Origin: Alphaproteobacteria bacterium
GTDB lineage: Bacteria; Pseudomonadota; Alphaproteobacteria; Rs-D84
DNA length: 37,367 nucleotides
Assembly (NCBI GenBank): GCA_017642565.1
Contig: JAGCOU010000025.1
Location: forward strand, 1-37,367
Reading direction: 5' to 3'
In this document: piece by piece, positions 1 to 8,853 of the stretch
How the letters are laid out: each line of letters begins with the position of its first letter
How positions within the stretch are numbered: position 1 is the stretch's first letter
The notes under the pieces: model-generated
What the model saw: only the letters and a program-made list of their open reading frames with translations
What the model was told of the DNA's origin: nothing
Databases searched by the model: none
Position numbers and translations under genes: made by a program

Positions 1-106
1 CCCCCTATGGGGGAGAATTGGTTCTGCAACGAGAGCAAAAATTCTCCCCTTGGGGGGAGTACGTCGCGGCGTAGCGAAGCGAAGACGGACGGGAGGGAGG
101 TTCAAC

Positions 107-141
107 AAAAAACCGTCCCAACGCTGGAAAGGGACGGTTTT
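107..141. terminator. Hairpin terminator CCGTCCC-N11-GGGACGG flanked by an A-run and a T-run
   Basis: Perfect 7-bp stem at 113-119/131-137. A-run 107-112 on the left and TTTT 138-141 on the right. Lies 24 nt beyond the stop of the minus-strand gene ending at 165. Confidence 0.7.
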
Positions 142-164
142 CTAATACAAAGGCAGAAACTTTA

Positions 165-965
165 TTATTGTGCGACCAAACCTGTGAACAACGCAGCCCG
201 GAAGCCGGAATAATCGGGATAGAAGCCGGCGGTGCAGTTGTACGCACAGTTGTTCGCGCAAGTGGCAGCCGAAATGAAGTCGAAGTCGAACACCCACGCA
301 GGGGCCAACAAACTACATTGTTGTGCGTTATTTGTTGTATAATGTGTTGCTTTGCACCAGCAGTATCTCGTTTCACCAGATGCACTGGTTAATGTGGTTT
401 CGTCCGATGTCCAATCTGAACTATCTCCACCCCATTGAGAACTATGATTATTACCACTGTGTGCACTACACAATGCAACACCGGTTACTTTATCACCATT
501 TGACCACGATACACCCCATTCACCAGGTTCTGTTATTCCGTATGTCGCCGCTGTCGCGCCACCATATGTATCATCGCTTCCGCCATTTAATCGTTTTGAT
601 GCAGATGCATTACCTTTGTTACTTACGTCTGTTGATGGGATTAAACATCTTTTTATCTTCCATCCGTTAAATTCATAACCCGCCTTGGTTGGGTTGGTTG
701 GTAATGTCATCGCGGTATCGTATGTACAACTCGTTGCGGCGTTATCAACTTCCAATTGAACACCGTCACTATACCATGTTGTACCGATTGTATTTGGGGT
801 ATATATTGCCTCAAGTGCTGCAGAACCCTCGGTTGTATTTAATACGGCCTGATTACATCCGGGGTCGTTTGCTGGAATAAGTGTTGGTGTTGTTGGTTCG
901 TTATCTGCAAATGTTGGTAAAGCAAAAGCAATAGCAATAATTGATGCAGATAATAATTTTTTCAT
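165..965 (-). CDS. Secreted Cys/Trp/Gly-rich protein with one Listeria-Bacteroides (Flg_new/InlB B-repeat-like) motif; function unknown
   Basis: The track ORF 165..1088 was trimmed to ATG 965, which is preceded by GGAAGGGAAAGAA. N-terminus MKKLLSASIIAIAFALPTFA-DNE is a Sec signal. The motif LPTNPTKAGYEFNGWK matches the GYxFxGW repeat signature. The mature part has 10 Cys. GC is much higher than in neighbouring genes. Confidence 0.7.
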   Translation of the reverse strand: MKKLLSASIIAIAFALPTFADNEPTTPTLIPANDPGCNQAVLNTTEGSAALEAIYTPNTIGTTWYSDGVQLEVDNAATSCTYDTAMTLPTNPTKAGYEFNGWKIKRCLIPSTDVSNKGNASASKRLNGGSDDTYGGATAATYGITEPGEWGVSWSNGDKVTGVALCSAHSGNNHSSQWGGDSSDWTSDETTLTSASGETRYCWCKATHYTTNNAQQCSLLAPAWVFDFDFISAATCANNCAYNCTAGFYPDYSGFRAALFTGLVAQ

Positions 966-993
966 TTCTTTCCCTTCCAATTTTCTCACGCAT

Positions 994-1022
994 ATTTTAC
1001 CAATTTTCGATTTTTTCAACAA
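994..1022 (-). promoter_or_regulatory. Sigma70-type promoter TTGTTG-N17-(TGg)TAAAAT for the 165..965 gene
   Basis: On the minus strand, -35 TTGTTG is plus 1017-1022 and the extended -10 TGGTAAAAT is plus 994-1002, with a 17-nt spacer. It sits in the 65-nt gap between the platform-gene stop (1031) and ATG 965. Confidence 0.5.
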
Positions 1023-1030
1023 GTGAAAAC

Positions 1031-2101
1031 TTACATAAATACTGCTGTAATTTGTTCTTGCATTTGGAAAGTCCCCATAACAACCCAACCGATTATCACA
1101 GAAACCAAGATTATCCCAACGCTGTTAAGCACACTTGCCGTGCTTTCCATTTTACGAACTGATTCTTCCATATAATCATTTGCAATCTGGCTGAGGTTTT
1201 TATCAAAATCGTTCATATCAGCATAAATAATTAAATCGCCAACAATTTCTTCACTTGGAAAATTCTTTTCTGTCATAGCCAGCGCACGTCCAAGATTTTC
1301 ACCATTAGCAATATAATGTAAAGATTCTTCCAAAATGTTCGACAAATACCTTGTTGAATACTGCGATAATAACCGCATAGCATCTGGCACAGAAACCCCC
1401 GCTGCCACCATTGCAGACAAAGACATTAACCAACTGACCGAAACCTGTAATTTATAAGTATTCCACGGTGGCAACTTATCAAACATTGTTCGCAATTTTC
1501 CAGTCCATATTGGCAAAGACCACCATATCAAAGCGATTAAAACTGCAAAACCGCCAGCGACTATGTGCCAATATTTGCCTGCCCATCCAGACACCCAAAC
1601 TAGTGACGCCGCACTCCCCCGCCAAACAACTTCGCTGCCTGCGGCTTCTGCCAATGGTGGCACAAGATATAGCCCCACCATAATAATTATCGCGACTGTC
1701 AAAGCGAACAAAAACAACGGATACGCCACAGCGTTCCACATAGCGCGTTTTATACGGCTAATTCCACCAACTATGCGCCCTATGTTTTCCAAAGATATTA
1801 ATAAACTCGATACATTACCCGAAGTTAACAAAAGTGTTTCTTCGCGCGGGACCCAATCAGCAGTTGCTTCGGCAAAACTCATACCACGTTCTAGATTTTG
1901 CTGTATCTCACGCATAGCAATCGCAAAAGGCTCATTTGGTTTACGCCCATCATGCGATTCTATCATTTCAATTCTGTGCAGTGCATCCATCAAAGTAAAA
2001 TTATTACGCAATAATGATGCGATTTTACGCGAAATAGCCATACGCTTTTCAGTGTCTGTTTTAAAAACCATTTTTGCATAAAGCAATTCTAGTCTATTCA
2101 T
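1031..2101 (-). CDS. Type II secretion / type IV pilus inner-membrane platform protein (GspF/PilC family; R64 PilR-like)
   Basis: 356 aa with ATG start. It has three hydrophobic segments separated by cytoplasmic domains typical of T2SSF. It lies 3 nt downstream of the GspE-like ATPase gene. Confidence 0.8.
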   Translation of the reverse strand: MNRLELLYAKMVFKTDTEKRMAISRKIASLLRNNFTLMDALHRIEMIESHDGRKPNEPFAIAMREIQQNLERGMSFAEATADWVPREETLLLTSGNVSSLLISLENIGRIVGGISRIKRAMWNAVAYPLFLFALTVAIIIMVGLYLVPPLAEAAGSEVVWRGSAASLVWVSGWAGKYWHIVAGGFAVLIALIWWSLPIWTGKLRTMFDKLPPWNTYKLQVSVSWLMSLSAMVAAGVSVPDAMRLLSQYSTRYLSNILEESLHYIANGENLGRALAMTEKNFPSEEIVGDLIIYADMNDFDKNLSQIANDYMEESVRKMESTASVLNSVGIILVSVIIGWVVMGTFQMQEQITAVFM

Positions 2102-2104
2102 ATC

Positions 2105-3733
2105 TTAATACACCCATGGTCTATCTAGCATACCAACCCAACGTTCCAGTTCATCTACACCGATGATTCCACGCAACATTAATTCTATGGCGGCTTCTTT
2201 CAAAGTGCGCCCATTCATTTTTTCAAGCCAATATTTCAAGGCATTTTCTGTTTCACCAGCCAAAGCCAGATTTAAAAATTCACTGTTCGTAATAATGATT
2301 TCACCAGCCTTAACGCGCCCAGAAGTTCCAGTTCCATTACAATATTCGCAACCCGGTCCACGAACATAGACTTGGTTTAATCCCAAATCCCCAAGGGCGT
2401 CTTTTACACGATTATATGCCGGATGATTATGTTTTTCCGCCAGCCTTTCACGACAATGAGGACATAATTTTTTAAACAAACGCATAGATATAAGTCCGCG
2501 TATCATCGTTTCGTCTTTTAATTTAAACGCTTCGACCCCCATATCTAATAAACGCGTCAAAGCACCCATCGCAGAATTCGCATGCAAAGTTGTCCAAACA
2601 TTATGCCCAGATAATGCGCCCTTAACCGTCAATTGCGCAGCAGAGAGAGTTCTTATTTCCCCTACCATCAATGTATCAGGGTCGCTTCGTAATGCTGCTG
2701 CCAATGCTTCTGTGAACTTTGCCTCTCGTTGTTCTTCGTTTATCGCATTAACCACAGGCATTTGATGCGCACCGAATATTTTTTGTTCTGCTGGGTCTTC
2801 CACAGTAATAAGATTTATCTCGTATCTTCTTTCTTTTAACATCAACGCCATATTGCGAACCAATGTCGTAGATTTACCGGACGAAGTTGGTCCAGCAACA
2901 ATAACCAATCCTGTTGGTGCAGAACGCAAACGTAATAATAATTTCTGTTCGTAATCATTAAATTCTTGTTCTGATTTAATACCTTCGCTCGGGTTATCAT
3001 AAAGCAGACGCATAACAACATACTGAGACCCAAAAGCAATCGGGTTAAATTGCATTCTTATACCCAATACACCTTCGGGTAAATATAAATCTTTGGTTCC
3101 ACGCAAAGGTGTTCTTCCGTCTTTCTGGGCGGTTTGATATTCATTTTGTGCATAACTTGAATTAGAAATATCAGCAGACGCAAACGCAGCGCGTACAAAA
3201 GATTCACCCCAGCCAGAATTATATTCGAGCACTGGTTGCATACTGCCATCTATACGAAAATAAATTGTAGTCTGGTCTGCAACTTCAATATGAATATCAG
3301 AAACTTTCTGTGCCGCAGCGCGTGCGATTATATCGACAAAATCTTTCTGCATCTGGTTGTCATAATCAACACGCGAACGATTACTGCTGCTGCCCAATCT
3401 TTCATCATGTGTCTTATAAATATTAGATAACAAACCCAAATCAGAATAGAAAGGTTCTTTGATAACACGATTATTTTGTTGTAATAAATCGATAAACGCC
3501 AAAACTCGCCCATCATATTTATGTGTCCGCGATATTATAATTTCACCACCAGAAAAATACGCCACTAAATTTTGTGTGTCTTTTGGCAAAGCCAATTCAC
3601 CAGCATACGCGGTCAAAAGTCGATTATTATTAGCAAACAAATAATCAAGTATTTCTTTGCTGTTCGCATTTTCGAGACCGTTTGGTATAGAAGGCTTTTT
3701 TATTGTTGCAAAATTACTGTTTGTTTTGGGCAT
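2105..3733 (-). CDS. GspE/PilB-family secretion/pilus assembly ATPase (R64 PilQ-like)
   Basis: Walker A GPTSSGKST, Asp box TVEDPAE, Walker B LMVGEIR and His box GHNVWTTLHAN are present. A tetracysteine CPHC...CEYC is also present. Confidence 0.9.
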   Translation of the reverse strand: MPKTNSNFATIKKPSIPNGLENANSKEILDYLFANNNRLLTAYAGELALPKDTQNLVAYFSGGEIIISRTHKYDGRVLAFIDLLQQNNRVIKEPFYSDLGLLSNIYKTHDERLGSSSNRSRVDYDNQMQKDFVDIIARAAAQKVSDIHIEVADQTTIYFRIDGSMQPVLEYNSGWGESFVRAAFASADISNSSYAQNEYQTAQKDGRTPLRGTKDLYLPEGVLGIRMQFNPIAFGSQYVVMRLLYDNPSEGIKSEQEFNDYEQKLLLRLRSAPTGLVIVAGPTSSGKSTTLVRNMALMLKERRYEINLITVEDPAEQKIFGAHQMPVVNAINEEQREAKFTEALAAALRSDPDTLMVGEIRTLSAAQLTVKGALSGHNVWTTLHANSAMGALTRLLDMGVEAFKLKDETMIRGLISMRLFKKLCPHCRERLAEKHNHPAYNRVKDALGDLGLNQVYVRGPGCEYCNGTGTSGRVKAGEIIITNSEFLNLALAGETENALKYWLEKMNGRTLKEAAIELMLRGIIGVDELERWVGMLDRPWVY

Positions 3734-3736
3734 AAT

Positions 3737-4465
3737 TTATTTTCCAATGTTTAAACTTTCCGTTTCTCCATCTTTTTCGAAAATAATACCATCATTCAAA
3801 GAAATAGATTTTACAATATATCCATCTAATTCTTTACCAACTGCAATTCGTTTGTTTTGACCAGTAGACAATTCTGTAACAGTCGCTTGCAATTGATTAC
3901 CAACACCAACGACATTCACCAGTTTATATCTCCCGCTGACTTCGCTAACTTCTCTGCGTGCAGGCTGAGCAACCTTTGGTGCTTCGTAATTGCTGACTTC
4001 TTCATCAATAGAATCTTTTTGTCGTCTCAATTTTTCAGTTTGAATTTCGAGTTGAGTTTTTGCCGCTTCTAATTCATGCTGTTGTTGTTCTGCGCGTCCA
4101 GACAGAGTATCTAATTCCATCTGTAATTTAATTCTTTCAGCATTCAATCTATCCAATTCCAAATCAAGTTGAGCGCGTTCTTTTTCCAACTGCATAACAA
4201 CCTTTTCTTGTTCCAACGCTGTTATTTTTTCAAACAGAGAACCAGATGGATTATAATCATTCAATGCCTGAGCAGAAACTTGGTCCGCATAATCTGCATC
4301 GACATTAACATCTTCTTGTTCAACACCCTGAACATCATCATAAATTTCTTCTGTTTCTTCGACAAATTCATCATCGAAATCATAATCATCTTCTGCGTAC
4401 GCAGCCATATTTAACCCCAATGCGATTACACAAGAAAATATTGCAATATTTAATTTTTTCCACAT
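3737..4465 (-). CDS. Secreted acidic coiled-coil protein with a PilP-like C-terminal beta domain
   Basis: Signal peptide MWKKLNIAIFSCVIALGLNMAAYA-EDD, then an acidic tract and a long heptad-like segment (LEKERAQLDLELDRLNAERIKLQMELD). The C-terminus YKLVNVVGVGNQLQATV...VGKELDGYIVKSISLNDGIIFEKDG resembles PilP-family domains. SD AAGGAAAGAG lies upstream. Confidence 0.5.
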   Translation of the reverse strand: MWKKLNIAIFSCVIALGLNMAAYAEDDYDFDDEFVEETEEIYDDVQGVEQEDVNVDADYADQVSAQALNDYNPSGSLFEKITALEQEKVVMQLEKERAQLDLELDRLNAERIKLQMELDTLSGRAEQQQHELEAAKTQLEIQTEKLRRQKDSIDEEVSNYEAPKVAQPARREVSEVSGRYKLVNVVGVGNQLQATVTELSTGQNKRIAVGKELDGYIVKSISLNDGIIFEKDGETESLNIGK

Positions 4466-4477
4466 GTCTCTTTCCTT

Positions 4478-5719
4478 TTATTTTGAATAAATGATTACTT
4501 CGTAATTCCAAGTCCTCGTATTTGCACGCCAAGAAACAGAAGTCATATATACACCACCAAACCCATTAAAAGCCTGCATAAATTCTGTTGGTATTAATTT
4601 TGAAGCAACACCAACCTCTGTGACATACAAATTGTCTTCGCCGTTCATCAGTCTATCTTTGACGCCCTGAATATCAGCCTTTATATTTGTTTGCTGAAAC
4701 ACAGTAGCAATATCACGCATCACAGTCGCTTGATCGCGTTCATCTAATGAAGAATAAGTTTCAAGTTCTGGCAATTTTACACGAACAATAATTTCGTCTT
4801 CTGATATTTCTTGAACAACTGCGCCAGGCATTAATTCTGCACCGAATTCATAAAAATCATTTAATGTTCCAAAATCACGAGAAAAAGTCGCAGAAACAAA
4901 ATCAGCATCACATTTCGCAAAAGTTTGATTCCATCCAGCCAACGGCTGCATTACAAACGCAATAGCCTTGTAACACAACTCTGCCCTTTGCATAACATTC
5001 GGCAAATTATCATAAGGATATTCTTCAACCTGTTTAACGGTTTGGACGCTAGCCCTGTTGAGTAATTCTTGCTTTTTTTGTTCAATTTTTTGTTTATATT
5101 CTTTGGCGAGTTCTGTATCTATTTTGAATTTTTTACCCGCATCTCGGTTAATAGGATTAGTCAAAACAAAAACACCAAACACAACAAACACCGCTGTAAA
5201 AAACAAAGCAGGCAACATTGATTTAAAAACATTTATCTGGTGTAATTTCGCAGTTGTTCCTTTGCCAATTAAATCAGACAAAAATTTTTCCTGGGATTTT
5301 GGCATTCCCCATGCAGCCGGTGCAAACAAAGCACCCCAATCAGGCAATTCTGCCAACTGGGTATATAATTGTCGCGCACTATCCGCGGTTTCAAACAACA
5401 TATCACGAATAATCACGCCATTTCTTACCGCAACCAAATAGTAATATTTATCAGCATGAAAAACACCCAAAAACGAAACCAAATCAGCCAAAGAATGAAC
5501 TATCTCTACTGCTGCACTGGGCATACCAACACGTGCACCCTCGCGAGTATCGGTTAAACCAATCATAGCCTTGTATTCAATGAACAAAGTATATTTTTTA
5601 TCATTGTTTTTTGCCAACTGTTTCGCATAATTTTGCGCAGTATTACCCACACCCAAAGGCTGCCAAAACAGCCCGGTTGCTAACTTTCTATGGTGAATAT
5701 TTATTACTTGCTTTATCAA
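4478..5719 (-). CDS. Bitopic membrane protein resembling the type IVb pilus accessory protein PilO (R64/PAPI-1 PilO2-like)
   Basis: 413 aa with a TTG start. One central TM segment (MLPALFFTAVFVVFGVFVL) separates an N-terminal cytoplasmic domain (GLFWQPL motif) from a C-terminal periplasmic domain. It is the first gene of the ATPase/platform string. The family call is from memory only. Confidence 0.5.
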   Translation of the reverse strand: MIKQVINIHHRKLATGLFWQPLGVGNTAQNYAKQLAKNNDKKYTLFIEYKAMIGLTDTREGARVGMPSAAVEIVHSLADLVSFLGVFHADKYYYLVAVRNGVIIRDMLFETADSARQLYTQLAELPDWGALFAPAAWGMPKSQEKFLSDLIGKGTTAKLHQINVFKSMLPALFFTAVFVVFGVFVLTNPINRDAGKKFKIDTELAKEYKQKIEQKKQELLNRASVQTVKQVEEYPYDNLPNVMQRAELCYKAIAFVMQPLAGWNQTFAKCDADFVSATFSRDFGTLNDFYEFGAELMPGAVVQEISEDEIIVRVKLPELETYSSLDERDQATVMRDIATVFQQTNIKADIQGVKDRLMNGEDNLYVTEVGVASKLIPTEFMQAFNGFGGVYMTSVSWRANTRTWNYEVIIYSK

Positions 5720-5739
5720 TTCTCTCTCTGTTTAAAATT

Positions 5740-5748
5740 ATTATAGCA
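5740..5748 (-). promoter_or_regulatory. Extended -10 element TGCTATAAT upstream of the pilus-like operon
   Basis: The reverse complement of 5740-5748 reads TGCTATAAT, about 20 nt upstream of the TTG start at 5719. There is no good -35. Confidence 0.35.
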
Positions 5749-5781
5749 TAAACCGATAAAAAAAATAAAGCCGAAATTTAC

Positions 5782-5806
5782 AAAAAAAAGTCGTATTTCT
5801 ACGACT
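5782..5806 (-). terminator. Rho-independent terminator of the lipoprotein gene
   Basis: Stem AGTCGTA/TACGACT (5789-5795/5800-5806) with loop TTTC. On the minus strand it is followed by a run of 8 T. Confidence 0.75.
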
Positions 5807-5811
5807 TTTAA

Positions 5812-6129
5812 TTATTTTTTGCAATTATATACTTTTACCTTAAACTTATAGTTATTTTTTGGACCTAAAATTGCGCCAGGATTTTCAGAAATATTTGCAG
5901 ATTCGATATAATAAGAATCACCATTTGGTCCTTGTTCTAATATTGTTTTTTCCAAATAGTCATAAGCATTTTCTATTTGATAAGTTGTGGCATTAGAATC
6001 GATTGTGTACAAATATTCACAATTTTTTGGTTCACCGTCAAATCTGACCAAACCATTATTATTGGAATCTTTTGTAAAAGTGCACGCAGCAGTTGCCAAT
6101 CCCAAAGCAATTAATAAAGTTTTTTTCAT
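5812..6129 (-). CDS. Small lipoprotein (possibly DUF4156-like)
   Basis: The lipobox LATAAC falls within MKKTLLIALGLATAAC. SD AAGGAG lies upstream of ATG 6129. 105 aa, ending in conserved-looking Cys pairs. Confidence 0.65.
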   Translation of the reverse strand: MKKTLLIALGLATAACTFTKDSNNNGLVRFDGEPKNCEYLYTIDSNATTYQIENAYDYLEKTILEQGPNGDSYYIESANISENPGAILGPKNNYKFKVKVYNCKK

Positions 6130-6166
6130 TTTTTTCTCCTTTTGTTCTGTCCTACTCCAAGTAGGA

Positions 6167-7102
6167 TTATTTTTCTATGATTTCATAGTTTGTTTTATCA
6201 CTAAATAATTTGCGCAAAACCAAATTATTTAATGCATGTGAGCCCTTATAAGATTCAAGATGTCCGTAAACAAAACCACCGCTCGTAAACATATCACCCA
6301 CAGCATCTATGATTTTATGACGAACAAATTCATCTTTGTAATATAACTTGTTAAGTGTCCCATCTCCCTTTGCATTAAGTGCAATTACATTATGTTCATT
6401 TGCACCACGCCCCATACCATGCGCCTTTAAATATTCCCATTCAGAATATTTTCCAAAAGTACGCGATTTAGATATATTTTTAATAAAACTATCAACAGAT
6501 TTTTTTGTTCCATCCAACAGACACGAAAAAGATTGTGTTCCTATGATTGCATCATTATAAACCAAAGTAGCATCTATGCTTAATCCTCTATCATCAGGCG
6601 ATAACTTAACAAACCCGTTTCCGCGCCGCCAAATAGTATGATTTAAAATCACAGTTTTAATTCTTTTGAAAAACGGCATCGTTTTTACCAGTTCATTTCT
6701 ATATGCGACAACAGTTTTTTTAACAACGATTTTTTTCATTTTTGTTTTTTTATCAATCGCGTTACTTAAAATCTTAATAAATTCGTACGCGCTACCATCA
6801 AGAATTGGTGTCTCGTTTCCATCTATTTCAATTACAGCACTATCAATTCCTAAAATAAAAAGCGCAGCCATTAAATGTTCAATTGTTTGAACATGTGCAG
6901 CGTTTTTATCACCCACAGTTGTATTACGCATCAAAGTTTCACCAACATTATCAAAAGTTGCAGGAATCAAACCAGCATTTTTAATATCAACGCGTTTGAA
7001 AAAAATCCCTGATTTTTTTGACGGCAAAACAACCAAGTTCACCTTGTTACCAGAATGTATACCAACGCCTGATATTTTAACTTTTTTTGTGAGTGTGCTC
7101 AT
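6167..7102 (-). CDS. lpxC: UDP-3-O-acyl-N-acetylglucosamine deacetylase
   Basis: N-terminus TLTKKVKISGVGIHSG, plus IEHLMAAL and the motif FVRHKIIDAVGDM typical of LpxC. 311 aa. Confidence 0.9.
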   Translation of the reverse strand: MSTLTKKVKISGVGIHSGNKVNLVVLPSKKSGIFFKRVDIKNAGLIPATFDNVGETLMRNTTVGDKNAAHVQTIEHLMAALFILGIDSAVIEIDGNETPILDGSAYEFIKILSNAIDKKTKMKKIVVKKTVVAYRNELVKTMPFFKRIKTVILNHTIWRRGNGFVKLSPDDRGLSIDATLVYNDAIIGTQSFSCLLDGTKKSVDSFIKNISKSRTFGKYSEWEYLKAHGMGRGANEHNVIALNAKGDGTLNKLYYKDEFVRHKIIDAVGDMFTSGGFVYGHLESYKGSHALNNLVLRKLFSDKTNYEIIEK

Positions 7103-8003
7103 CTACCTTTCCTTTTAACCAATCATAAAAACTCTGTTCAATTTCCGTGTTCAGCGCAGAAAATTTTATTTCTTGCTTTGCCCAATCTGGAAGCCTTACC
7201 CAATCTTTTTCCGTGGTTAATAATTTAGCATTTTTTTCTTTGGCCTTTTTAATCAAATTTTTTATATCATCATCACTATACTGATAATGATCAGGAAAAG
7301 AAATCTTTTCAACAATTTTGCACGGCACACTATTAAAGAACTTCTCAGGATAGCCTATACCAGCAAAAGCAATCACATTCGTTTTATTGTCATACGGACA
7401 CAACTCTTTGTTATAAGCCCTAAACACAGGGATATTCGTAGGCAATGCAAAACCTTTGGCTATATTTTTTCTTTTAATTAAAATTATAGCATCAGCGCGC
7501 GAAATAGCAGATTTTTTCTCACGCATTGGTCCAGCAGGCAACAAAAAACCATTACCAAAACCAATAGATTCATCAAACACCAACACAGAAATATCTTTCT
7601 TTATAGAAGAATTTTGAAAACCATCATCCATGATTATAGGTGAATTTGATTTTTGTTTATTTAATAACACCAGATTGCTTTTTCTATCACCAACATGCAC
7701 CAAAATATTATCACTAGATAACATTTTTGCTTCGTCTCCAACATCGCCGGTCTCGGCAGATTTTTTATATCCGCGCATAACCACAGGCGCATCAAAAAAT
7801 TTAGCCACTTGACGAACAATAGGAGTTTTTCCAACCCCACCAGATAAAACATTTCCAAAACAAATTATCGGGCGTTTTGAAACATATTCACGAGTTTTAC
7901 GAATATTAAAAACAAATTTGCTACCAATTAAATAGAAAAGGCTCAACGGGCAAAGAGACCAAGATATTAAATTTCTCTTTAAAAACCATTTTGGAGTTTT
8001 CAT
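7077..8003 (-). CDS. lpxK: Tetraacyldisaccharide 4'-kinase
   Basis: P-loop GNVLSGGVGKTP in an LpxK-type context. 308 aa. The 3' end overlaps the lpxC start by 26 nt. Confidence 0.9.
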   Translation of the reverse strand: MKTPKWFLKRNLISWSLCPLSLFYLIGSKFVFNIRKTREYVSKRPIICFGNVLSGGVGKTPIVRQVAKFFDAPVVMRGYKKSAETGDVGDEAKMLSSDNILVHVGDRKSNLVLLNKQKSNSPIIMDDGFQNSSIKKDISVLVFDESIGFGNGFLLPAGPMREKKSAISRADAIILIKRKNIAKGFALPTNIPVFRAYNKELCPYDNKTNVIAFAGIGYPEKFFNSVPCKIVEKISFPDHYQYSDDDIKNLIKKAKEKNAKLLTTEKDWVRLPDWAKQEIKFSALNTEIEQSFYDWLKGKVDEHTHKKS

Positions 8004-8758
8004 AATATCACCGCTTTGTCTTTAAAATTATCTGGTGTTAAGTCCTGTTCGACACGAAAATCTGTAAATTTTTTATCTAAATCATACGCCTGCTTTACCA
8101 TAATATCTTCAAGATTTTTGCGTATTTTTTCAAAATCATCTATTTTAGTTTTTCTGTCGATAAATATAGGTTCACCCACAGTCCCAGCAATAATAGAAAA
8201 AGGTTTAGTTAATAAATATCTGTCCCACCTGTTTAAAAACCAAGGCCGCGAAGAAGAATAACACACAGGAATAATTGGTGCCCCAGTCATCTTGGCAAAA
8301 TATAATGCCCCATCATGAAACCGCATAGACGGCCCGCGCGGTCCATCAGGCGACAAAGCCAAACAATTTCCCCCAGCATTAAGAACACTAACACCCTTCT
8401 TTAAAACAGATACACCCCCACCAGCAGAAGAGCCGTAAATAGTTTTAAGACCAAATAATTTTTCCATTTTCGCAATAGCACGCCCATCTTTTCTCGCATC
8501 AGCAATCGCATACCCACGCACCCGCGCCAAAGCAATCACAGGCGACAACATCATAGTTCTTCCGTGCCAAAACACGAATATAGCCGGCTTATTACGATAT
8601 TTTTTTAATATTTGATATCCACGAATATCTTTTTTTGATGTAAAATAAACAAACCAAATAAGAACATAATAAATTATGGCCAAAATCCATTGGATAACGC
8701 CCCAACCATAAAGAAATCTAAAAAATCGTTTAAATTTTCGTTTCAAAGATTTTTTCAT
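8000..8758 (-). CDS. DUF374-type lysophospholipid acyltransferase-like protein
   Basis: N-terminal TM segment followed by the motif SPDGPRGP. There is an ATGA start/stop overlap with lpxK. Location next to lipid A genes fits the DUF374 family. Confidence 0.7.
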   Translation of the reverse strand: MKKSLKRKFKRFFRFLYGWGVIQWILAIIYYVLIWFVYFTSKKDIRGYQILKKYRNKPAIFVFWHGRTMMLSPVIALARVRGYAIADARKDGRAIAKMEKLFGLKTIYGSSAGGGVSVLKKGVSVLNAGGNCLALSPDGPRGPSMRFHDGALYFAKMTGAPIIPVCYSSSRPWFLNRWDRYLLTKPFSIIAGTVGEPIFIDRKTKIDDFEKIRKNLEDIMVKQAYDLDKKFTDFRVEQDLTPDNFKDKAVIL

Positions 8759-8853
8759 ACTTAAAACCTTATGAACCAGATTCTAGCAACAAAAAGAATA
8801 CAATGCAAGAAGCATAATAAACGATAAAAATAAGATTAAAAACTTTTATTTAT

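Noticed and set aside
5-2081. Many long ORFs overlapping or antisense to the secreted-protein and platform genes (5..385, 7..213, 168..392, 323..670, 689..880, 941..1162, 1468..1683, 1479..1739, 1563..2081)
   Set aside because: They overlap one another and genes with clear motifs. They have no SD or recognisable domains. They are the expected shadow ORFs of a locally GC-richer region, where stop codons are rare.
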